Positions 56,323 through 64,000 of a stretch of 64,000 nucleotides of DNA are shown here, piece by piece. The position numbers were made by a program, and so were the translations under genes. Numbering within the stretch: the first letter of the stretch is position 1; each line of letters starts with the position of its first letter. Below the pieces are notes generated by a model. The model saw only the letters and a program-made list of their open reading frames with translations. It searched no databases and was not told where the DNA came from. The stretch comes from a virus. Its lineage: Duplodnaviria > Heunggongvirae > Uroviricota > Caudoviricetes. The stretch is from IMG/VR virus record IMGVR_UViG_2778261533_000001, positions 1 to 64,000 of that record. The stretch is one strand, 5' to 3'.

Positions 56323-57519
56323 ATGAGTGATTCCAGCCAGCTTCACAAGGTTGCTCAAAGAGCAAACAGAATGCTCAATGTTCTGACTGAACAAGTACAG
56401 TTGCAAAAGGATGAGCTACACGCGAACGAGTTTTACCAGGTCTATGCGAAAGCGGCACTGGCAAAATTGCCTCTACTGACTCGAGCGAACGTTGACTATG
56501 CCGTAAGTGAAATGGAAGAAAAGGGTTATGTTTTCGATAAACGCCCTGCTGGCTCTTCAATGAAATATGCGATGTCAATTCAGAACATCATTGACATATA
56601 TGAACATCGCGGAGTGCCAAAATACCGGGATCGCTACAGCGAAGCGTATGTGATTTTCATCTCCAATCTTAAAGGCGGTGTGTCAAAAACTGTATCGACG
56701 GTTTCTCTGGCGCATGCAATGCGTGCCCACCCTCATCTTCTGATGGAAGATTTAAGGATTCTGGTTATTGACCTTGATCCGCAATCTTCAGCGACGATGT
56801 TTTTAAGCCATAAACACTCTATTGGTATCGTAAACGCAACATCTGCACAGGCTATGTTGCAGAATGTAAGCCGTGAAGAGCTGTTAGAGGAGTTTATTGT
56901 TCCTTCTGTTGTACCTGGGGTTGACGTTATGCCTGCGTCGATTGACGATGCCTTTATTGCATCCGATTGGAGAGAACTGTGCAATGAGCATCTGCCGGGT
57001 CAGAACATCCATGCAGTCCTGAAAGAAAATGTGATTGATAAGCTCAAGAGCGATTATGACTTTATCCTTGTTGATAGTGGTCCTCACCTTGACGCCTTCC
57101 TGAAAAATGCTTTGGCCTCGGCCAATATACTGTTTACACCTCTGCCGCCTGCAACGGTTGATTTCCACTCATCGCTTAAATATGTTGCTCGCCTTCCTGA
57201 GTTGGTGAAACTCATTTCGGATGAAGGCTGCGAGTGCCAGCTTGCGACTAACATTGGTTTTATGTCCAAGTTGAGTAACAAGGCAGACCATAAGTATTGC
57301 CATAGCCTGGCTAAAGAAGTGTTCGGTGGGGATATGCTCGATGTCGTCCTCCCTCGCCTTGACGGTTTTGAACGTTGCGGCGAGTCTTTTGACACTGTTA
57401 TTTCAGCTAACCCGGCAACGTATGTTGGTAGTGCTGATGCATTGAAGAACGCGCGAATTGCCGCGGAAGATTTTGCTAAAGCAGTTTTTGACCGTATTGA
57501 ATTTATCAGATCTAACTGA
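56323..57519 (+). CDS. parA: ParA partition ATPase (398 aa)
   Basis: Deviant Walker A KGGVSKT with N-terminal DNA-binding extension. Confidence 0.9.
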   Translation: MSDSSQLHKVAQRANRMLNVLTEQVQLQKDELHANEFYQVYAKAALAKLPLLTRANVDYAVSEMEEKGYVFDKRPAGSSMKYAMSIQNIIDIYEHRGVPKYRDRYSEAYVIFISNLKGGVSKTVSTVSLAHAMRAHPHLLMEDLRILVIDLDPQSSATMFLSHKHSIGIVNATSAQAMLQNVSREELLEEFIVPSVVPGVDVMPASIDDAFIASDWRELCNEHLPGQNIHAVLKENVIDKLKSDYDFILVDSGPHLDAFLKNALASANILFTPLPPATVDFHSSLKYVARLPELVKLISDEGCECQLATNIGFMSKLSNKADHKYCHSLAKEVFGGDMLDVVLPRLDGFERCGESFDTVISANPATYVGSADALKNARIAAEDFAKAVFDRIEFIRSN

Positions 57520-57535
57520 GGAGTAAGAAACCCCC

Positions 57536-58537
57536 ATGTCAAAGAAAAACAGACCAACAATTGGGCGAACCCTTAATCCTTCAATATTAAGCGGATTTGA
57601 TAGTTCTTCAGCCTCTGGCGATCGAGTCGAGCAGGTATTCAAGTTATCTACTGGTCGCCAGGCCACATTTATCGAGGAGGTAATTCCTCCGAACCAGGTA
57701 GAAAGCGATACCTTTGTTGATCAGCATAACAACGGGCGTGACCAGGCATCTCTTACGCCAAAATCATTAAAAAGTATCCGAAGCACTATTAAGCATCAGC
57801 AATTTTACCCTGCAATAGGTGTTAGACGGGCTACAGGGAAAATTGAAATTTTGGATGGTTCCCGGCGTCGAGCTTCTGCCATCTTAGAGAACGTAGGGTT
57901 GCGGGTTTTAGTCACGGACCAGGAGATCAGCGTTCAGGAAGCGCAAAATTTAGCGAAAGACGTTCAGACAGCATTGCAGCACAGCATTCGAGAAATAGGT
58001 CTGCGTTTGATGCGAATGAAAAATGATGGGATGAGTCAGAAGGATATTGCAGCCAAAGAAGGGCTGTCTCAGGCGAAGGTCACGCGTGCTCTCCAGGCAG
58101 CGAGTGCTCCGGAAGAATTAGTCGCCCTTTTCCCTGTGCAGTCGGAATTAACCTTTTCGGACTACAAAACGCTTTGTGCTGTTGGCGACGAAATGGGGAA
58201 CAAGAATTTAGAGTTTGATCAGCTTATTCAAAACATATCCCCGGAAATAAACGACATCTTATCCATTGAAGAAATGGCCGAAGATGAAGTTAAAAATAAA
58301 ATCCTGCGCTTGATAACAAAGGAAGCCTCACTACTCACGGATAAAGGTTCTAAAGATAAGTCCGTAGTTACTGAATTATGGAAATTTGAGGACAAGGATC
58401 GCTTTGCAAGGAAGCGCGTGAAAGGCCGTGCATTTTCTTATGAGTTTAATCGACTCTCAAAAGAGTTACAGGAAGAACTCGACAGGATGATTGGGCATAT
58501 CCTTAGAAAGAGCCTCGATAAAAAGCCGAAGCCTTAA
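57536..58537 (+). CDS. parB: ParB centromere-binding protein (333 aa)
   Basis: ParB box with HTH (MSQKDIAAKEGLSQAKVTRAL); follows parA. Confidence 0.9.
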   Translation: MSKKNRPTIGRTLNPSILSGFDSSSASGDRVEQVFKLSTGRQATFIEEVIPPNQVESDTFVDQHNNGRDQASLTPKSLKSIRSTIKHQQFYPAIGVRRATGKIEILDGSRRRASAILENVGLRVLVTDQEISVQEAQNLAKDVQTALQHSIREIGLRLMRMKNDGMSQKDIAAKEGLSQAKVTRALQAASAPEELVALFPVQSELTFSDYKTLCAVGDEMGNKNLEFDQLIQNISPEINDILSIEEMAEDEVKNKILRLITKEASLLTDKGSKDKSVVTELWKFEDKDRFARKRVKGRAFSYEFNRLSKELQEELDRMIGHILRKSLDKKPKP

Positions 58538-58544
58538 ACTTTCG

Positions 58545-58640
58545 CCATTCAAATTTCACTATTAACTGACTGTTTTTAAAGTAAATTACTCTAAAATTTC
58601 AAGGTGAAATCGCCACGATTTCACCTTGGATTTTACCTTC
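58545..58640. other. parS: parS partition site
   Basis: Heptamer ATTTCAC and hexamer TCGCCA boxes around an A/T-rich IHF-like region. Confidence 0.7.
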
Positions 58641-58762
58641 CTCCCCTCCTCCCGAAAAAAATAAAAAAATTGCTTGTCACGAGAAAGTCAACAAGTGACT
58701 TTCAATAAAATCTCTTCCGAAAAGGGATTCACACAAGTGCCTTGTGTTTAAGGAAGAGTAAA

Positions 58763-60469
58763 TTGAGTAACTTACGCGAATACCAGAATCGTATTGCAGA
58801 TATCGCAAAACGCTCTAAAGCTGTGCTTGGCTGGGCAAGCACTGCGCAGTTCGGTACTGATAACCAATTCATTAAAGATGATGCCGCGCGTGCCGCATCT
58901 ATCCTTGAAGCTGCACGTAAAGACCCGGTTTTTGCGGGTATCTCTGATAATGCCACCGCTCAAATCGCTACAGCGTGGGCAAGTGCACTGGCTGACTACG
59001 CCGCAGCACATAAATCTATGCCGCGTCCGGAAATTCTGGCCTCCTGCCACCAGACGCTGGAAAACTGCCTGATAGAGTCCACCCGCAATAGCATGGATGC
59101 CACTAATAAAGCGATGCTGGAATCCGTCGCAGCAGAGATGATGAGCGTTTCTGACGGTGTTATGCGTCTGCCTTTATTCCTCGCGATGATCCTGCCTGTT
59201 CAGTTGGGGGCAGCTACCGCTGATGCGTGTACCTTCATTCCGGTTACGCGTGACCAGTCCGACATCTATGAAGTCTTTAACGTGGCAGGTTCCTCTTTTG
59301 GTTCTTATGCTGCTGGTGATGTTCTGGACATGCAATCCGTCGGTGTGTACAGCCAGTTACGTCGCCGCTATGTGCTGGTGGCAAGCTCCGATGGCACCAG
59401 CAAAACCGCAACCTTCAAGATGGAAGACTTCGAAGGCCAGAATGTACCAATCCGAAAAGGTCGCACTAACATCTACGTTAACCGTATTAAGTCTGTTGTT
59501 GATAACGGTTCCGGCAGCCTACTTCACTCGTTTACTAATGCTGCTGGTGAGCAAATCACTGTTACCTGCTCTCTGAACTACAACATTGGTCAGATTGCCC
59601 TGTCGTTCTCCAAAGCGCCGGATAAAGGCACTGAGATCGCAATTGAGACGGAAATCAATATTGAAGCCGCTCCTGAGCTGATCCCGCTGATCAACCACGA
59701 AATGAAGAAATACACCCTGTTCCCAAGTCAGTTCGTTATCGCGGCTGAGCACACGGTACAGGCGGCGTATGAAGCACAGCGTGAATTTGGTCTGGACCTG
59801 GGTTCCCTACAGTTCCGCACCCTGAAGGAATACCTGTCTCATGAACAGGATATGCTACGTCTTCGCATCATGATCTGGCGCACTCTTGCGACCGACACCT
59901 TTGACATCGCTCTGCCGGTTAACCAGTCCTTTGATGTATGGGCAACCATCATTCGTGGCAAATTCCAGACTGTATATCGCGACATTATTGAGCGCGTTAA
60001 ATCTTCTGGTGCGATGGGGATGTTTGCTGGTGCTGATGCAGCATCTTTCTTCAAACAGTTGCCGAAGGATTTCTTCCAGCCAGCCGAAGACTATATCCAG
60101 ACTCCGTATGTTCACTACATCGGTACCCTGTTCGGTAACGTGAAAGTGTACGAAGTACCTGCTGGTATTTGTAAGAACTTAACGACAGAGAACATTCAGT
60201 TCAGCTCGATGGATGTGCTGTGCTACGTCCGTGATGAAAATCCGGGTAAAGCAGGCTTTGTGACTGGTGATGCTGTCCCGGCTATCCCGTTCCAGCATCC
60301 GACCACTCCGGCGCTGGTCAACCGTACCACACTGTGGGGTTCGGCTATCAACGATATGCACCCACGCAACGGCGCTGATTACTTCACTCGTGTAACGCTG
60401 ACAATGGCCAAAAAAGGCGGGCTTAACTTTATAAGCGGCGACACGATTGATGCCGGTGACTCTGAGTAA
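58763..60469 (+). CDS. major capsid protein precursor (gene 23-like, about 568 aa)
   Basis: Probable TTG start at 58763 after strong AAGGAAGAG RBS (ORF track starts 58742); size fits a processed head protein. Confidence 0.7.
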   Translation: MSNLREYQNRIADIAKRSKAVLGWASTAQFGTDNQFIKDDAARAASILEAARKDPVFAGISDNATAQIATAWASALADYAAAHKSMPRPEILASCHQTLENCLIESTRNSMDATNKAMLESVAAEMMSVSDGVMRLPLFLAMILPVQLGAATADACTFIPVTRDQSDIYEVFNVAGSSFGSYAAGDVLDMQSVGVYSQLRRRYVLVASSDGTSKTATFKMEDFEGQNVPIRKGRTNIYVNRIKSVVDNGSGSLLHSFTNAAGEQITVTCSLNYNIGQIALSFSKAPDKGTEIAIETEINIEAAPELIPLINHEMKKYTLFPSQFVIAAEHTVQAAYEAQREFGLDLGSLQFRTLKEYLSHEQDMLRLRIMIWRTLATDTFDIALPVNQSFDVWATIIRGKFQTVYRDIIERVKSSGAMGMFAGADAASFFKQLPKDFFQPAEDYIQTPYVHYIGTLFGNVKVYEVPAGICKNLTTENIQFSSMDVLCYVRDENPGKAGFVTGDAVPAIPFQHPTTPALVNRTTLWGSAINDMHPRNGADYFTRVTLTMAKKGGLNFISGDTIDAGDSE

Positions 60470-60529
60470 TCAGGGGAAGTTCTCCGTTTAACATAGCGCC
60501 CCCGTGCGGGGCGCATAACAGGGAAAGTT

Positions 60530-62119
60530 ATGTCTCAATATTCAATTCAACAGTCATTAGGTAATGCATCCGGCGTCGCTGTTAGCCCGATCAATGCCGA
60601 TGCGACGTTATCTACCGGTGTTGCATTAAATAGCAGCTTGTGGGCTGGTATTGGCGTATTTGCGCGTGGCAAGCCGTTTACTGTTCTTGCGGTTACTGAG
60701 TCCAATTACGAAGATGTTCTCGGCGAACCGCTGAAGCCGTCTTCCGGCTCACAGTTCGAACCAATTCGCCATGTATACGAAGCTATTCAGCAAACGTCTG
60801 GTTATGTTGTTCGCGCTGTTCCGGATGATGCGAAGTTCCCGATTATTATGTTCGATGAATCAGGCGAACCGGCTTACAGTGCGTTGCCATACGGTTCTGA
60901 AATTGAACTTGATAGTGGCGAAGCCTTTGCTATCTACGTTGATGATGGTGATCCGTGTATTTCACCTACCCGTGAGTTAACCATCGAAACGGCAACAGCG
61001 GACAGCGCGGGTAATGAACGCTTCCTCTTAAAACTGACCCAGACGACTTCGCTCGGTGTGGTAACGACCCTGGAGACACACACTGTGTCTTTGGCGGAAG
61101 AAGCGAAAGATGACATGGGCCGCTTGTGTTATCTGCCTACGGCTCTGGAAGCCCGTTCTAAATATCTGCGCGCGGTTGTTAATGAAGAGCTGATTTCGAC
61201 GGCGAAAGTAACAAATAAAAAATCGTTGGCGTTCACTGGTGGTACCAACGGTGATCAGTCGAAAATCTCAACCGCTGCGTACCTGCGTGCGGTGAAAGTG
61301 CTGAACAATGCGCCGTACATGTACACCGCTGTTCTTGGCCTGGGCTGCTATGACAATGCGGCTATCACCGCATTAGGTAAAATCTGTGCAGATCGCCTGA
61401 TTGATGGCTTCTTTGATGTCAAACCGACATTAACGTACGCAGAAGCACTACCAGCTGTTGAGGATACCGGTTTACTTGGTACCGATTATGTAAGCTGTGC
61501 TGTCTATCACTTCCCGTTCTCCTGCAAAGACAAATGGACCCAATCCCGTGTGGTCTTCGGTCTGTCTGGCGCGGCGTATGCGGCGAAAGCTCGTGGCGTC
61601 AAGAAAAACTCTGATGTCGGCGGTTGGCATTACTCACCGGCTGGTGAAGAACGTGCCGTCATTGCTCGTGCGTCAATTCAACCGCTGTATCCGGAAGATA
61701 CCCCGGACGAAGAAGCAATGGTTAAGGGCCGCCTCAATAAAGTATCTGTTGGCACCTCTGGCCAGATGATCATCGACGATGCTTTAACTTGCTGCACGCA
61801 GGATAACTATCTGCACTTCCAGCACGTCCCATCCCTGATGAATGCAATCAGCCGTTTCTTTGTCCAGTTAGCCCGCCAGATGAAGCATAGCCCTGACGGT
61901 ATTACTGCCGCTGGTCTGACTAAAGGGATGACCAAACTTTTGGATCGCTTTGTCGCCTCCGGCGCTCTGGTGGCTCCTCGTGATCCTGATGCTGACGGTA
62001 CAGAACCGTATGTGCTGAAAGTTACGCAGGCGGAATTCGATAAATGGGAAGTAGTCTGGGCCTGCTGCCCGACTGGCGTAGCCCGTCGTATCCAGGGCGT
62101 ACCGCTGCTTATTAAGTAA
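60530..62119 (+). CDS. tail sheath-like structural protein (gene 22-like, 529 aa)
   Basis: Position after the capsid gene; N-terminal region resembles contractile sheath proteins; uncertain. Confidence 0.5.
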   Translation: MSQYSIQQSLGNASGVAVSPINADATLSTGVALNSSLWAGIGVFARGKPFTVLAVTESNYEDVLGEPLKPSSGSQFEPIRHVYEAIQQTSGYVVRAVPDDAKFPIIMFDESGEPAYSALPYGSEIELDSGEAFAIYVDDGDPCISPTRELTIETATADSAGNERFLLKLTQTTSLGVVTTLETHTVSLAEEAKDDMGRLCYLPTALEARSKYLRAVVNEELISTAKVTNKKSLAFTGGTNGDQSKISTAAYLRAVKVLNNAPYMYTAVLGLGCYDNAAITALGKICADRLIDGFFDVKPTLTYAEALPAVEDTGLLGTDYVSCAVYHFPFSCKDKWTQSRVVFGLSGAAYAAKARGVKKNSDVGGWHYSPAGEERAVIARASIQPLYPEDTPDEEAMVKGRLNKVSVGTSGQMIIDDALTCCTQDNYLHFQHVPSLMNAISRFFVQLARQMKHSPDGITAAGLTKGMTKLLDRFVASGALVAPRDPDADGTEPYVLKVTQAEFDKWEVVWACCPTGVARRIQGVPLLIK

Positions 62120-62128
62120 GGGAATACA

Positions 62129-62944
62129 ATGAGCAAAAACTTTTTTCAATCCGGGGCATTTTTGGGGAATGGACTGTCTCGTTTCGCTTTGAACTCTGAT
62201 CCTGTGCAGCTGATGGAGTCTGCCCGAGCAAGCGCCGAACCGCCAACAGATCCGGTTATTAATAATAATCCGGAACCGGCGGCACAGACTAACGATAACG
62301 TTCCATCTGCCCCGGCTCCTGAGCAAATCCTGGAAGGGAAAGACGGTAAAGAATGGACCGTCGAACAGGCGCACCAGATGATTCTGGAAGCTGCAAATCG
62401 AAGTGCTATGCAGAATGCGTTGAGTGATGCGGCCGACGCCGTTTTCGCCTGGGCTGATAGCGGTGATCTGACTTTCGACTCCCTTGATGGTTTCGTTCAG
62501 GCTATCGCTGGTATCTCTGATGACGACGACTCCGAAGTTACAGAAGAACAGGACGATGCCTATAACGAAGCATGGGCAAATGTTGCTGACTTCCTCGCAG
62601 CATGCGGTGTAGATGATGACCTGATCGAAGCACTGGCTGACGATGAAGACGATGACGCTGCTGCTGATGTTGGTGCCTCTATCGCTAGTTTAGATAGCGA
62701 CGACCGCGACGAACTGGAAGCGGCGTTTGTTGTTGCTGGCACTTCTGATGAAATGCTGACTGAAGCATTTAAGAAGGTTGTTCGTAACGGTGAGATCAAA
62801 CTCATCCGTAAACGCCTGCGTAAAAAACGTCTGACTGCGGCTCAAAAATCGGCGCTAAAAAAAGCGCGTCGAAAAGCCCAGACTGGCGCGGCAAAACTTG
62901 CCCGCAAAAAGTCAATGAAACTGCGCCGTAAGCGCCTTGGCTAA
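62129..62944 (+). CDS. acidic structural-module protein with basic Lys/Arg-rich C-terminus (271 aa)
   Basis: ORF track; operon context. Confidence 0.45.
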   Translation: MSKNFFQSGAFLGNGLSRFALNSDPVQLMESARASAEPPTDPVINNNPEPAAQTNDNVPSAPAPEQILEGKDGKEWTVEQAHQMILEAANRSAMQNALSDAADAVFAWADSGDLTFDSLDGFVQAIAGISDDDDSEVTEEQDDAYNEAWANVADFLAACGVDDDLIEALADDEDDDAAADVGASIASLDSDDRDELEAAFVVAGTSDEMLTEAFKKVVRNGEIKLIRKRLRKKRLTAAQKSALKKARRKAQTGAAKLARKKSMKLRRKRLG

Positions 62945-62979
62945 AGGAGGAGGCCGGGGAACTCCGGCCTTTAACTTGA

Positions 62980-63561
62980 ATGGCTCCTATAGCTTATGGG
63001 GTTTACAGCCAGGCTGACGGTGTATCGCCATATCTGAAAGTTACTTTAACGAACTCTCAGTACCAGGTTACCGGATATATCAGCCAGGGAGCGGCAATGA
63101 ACATGGCCCAGAATTGGGAAGCGCCGTTTACCGGTATGTCCATGGGATCTGTTTCTGGTGCTCTGGGTGGTTTTGTGCAAGTAGGTACTGAAACAACGTC
63201 GGTTGCCCGTTGGAATAGCTTAATGGTTTGGGAAGGGGGGACTCCGCCGACGTTCACGCTGCCTGTAACTTTCATTGCTTTGAACAATCCATTCATTGAA
63301 GTTTCAGGCGCTATCGCCGCGTTGACAGCCATGATTAGCCCGGAACTAAAAGCGGCCAATGTTGGTGGTCGAATCCCGGAGCGCGTGACGCTAAACATTG
63401 GTCGCCGGATCAACATCACCGATGTCGCCATCCAGGACTTAAGTTTTGATCTCGATGCGCCAAGGGACAGTAATGGATATTTCCTGAAAAACACCGTCAA
63501 CCTCCAGTTGACCGGTTCTTCGATATATAACAGCTCCGATATTGTTCGGGCGTTCCAGTAA
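62980..63561 (+). CDS. virion structural protein (193 aa)
   Basis: ORF track; operon context. Confidence 0.45.
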   Translation: MAPIAYGVYSQADGVSPYLKVTLTNSQYQVTGYISQGAAMNMAQNWEAPFTGMSMGSVSGALGGFVQVGTETTSVARWNSLMVWEGGTPPTFTLPVTFIALNNPFIEVSGAIAALTAMISPELKAANVGGRIPERVTLNIGRRINITDVAIQDLSFDLDAPRDSNGYFLKNTVNLQLTGSSIYNSSDIVRAFQ

Positions 63562-63572
63562 AAGGATTTTAT

Positions 63573-64000
63573 ATGGGGCACAATAACACTAAGGGAAACC
63601 GTAAATTTATTAAGGGCCGCTATACTGCCAACGCGGCCAAAGGCGAACGACTGGTATCTTCTGAATTCCAGCTCACTTTTGCAGGCCATGAAGATATCAG
63701 CGTACTGGTTCGCACGTCGCAAATTCCTGAAATGACCCGCGAGGATGTGGAGGACTATGGTCCGAATGGTGTGAAGTTCAACCAGCACGGACCAATTCGA
63801 AACTCTGGGGAAATCCAGGTCCAGTGCGTGGAGACTATCGAAGGCGATATTCTTCAGTTCATCAAGGATCGCATTGCGGCGAAGGACTATGTTGATATCA
63901 CGATGGCTGCTACCCCTGAATCCAAATCTTCCGGGGTTAACGCTGTGACAAAAGCTGCTACAACAATTGAAATGTTGGACTGCAAAATCTACAGTGATGC
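63573..64000 (+). CDS. structural-module protein, 3' truncated by window end
   Basis: ATG at 63573 (MGHNNTKGNRKF...), no stop before window end; not in ORF track. Confidence 0.35.
   Translation, partial: MGHNNTKGNRKFIKGRYTANAAKGERLVSSEFQLTFAGHEDISVLVRTSQIPEMTREDVEDYGPNGVKFNQHGPIRNSGEIQVQCVETIEGDILQFIKDRIAAKDYVDITMAATPESKSSGVNAVTKAATTIEMLDCKIYSD

Overview
The window reads as one contiguous ~64 kb segment of a P1-like (Punavirus-type) temperate phage-plasmid, in reverse orientation to the usual P1 map. No search could be run: all calls rest on the ORF track, motifs I can read in the translations, and recalled P1 biology. Left to right: ssb and the SAR endolysin lyz; pro/prt head genes; the 2255-aa antirestriction protein DarB with ulx/lxc; mat, ref, cra, cre and loxP (exact 34-bp site); the ImmC region (coi, c1); an antirepressor-like module; pacB/pacA with the GATC-hexamer pac site; lpa; phd-doc; humD with a LexA box; hot; a long block of small leftward genes (ppp, glycosyltransferase-like, nuclease-like, TraR-like); a rightward baseplate block; dbn-ban; tciABC; three tRNAs; dmt; hrdC/uhr; a lysis-like spanin pair; the oriR/incC-repA-incA replicon; parA-parB-parS; and head/tail structural genes. 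C1-operator-like 17-mers (ATTGCTCTAATAAATTT) recur before many operons. Points that look non-canonical and are the main findings: (1) a 341-aa LAGLIDADG intein-like insert splitting the catalytic PCQ motif of the Dmt C5-methyltransferase domain; (2) a T5orf172/GIY-YIG-like gene between incA and parA; (3) an immI-like operator-sRNA-icd-ant module between pacB and c1; (4) an array of tRNA-like hairpin repeats beside the tRNA genes; (5) no res-mod or IS1 at the mat-lxc junction. Coordinates of non-CDS features are approximate (+/- 2 bp).
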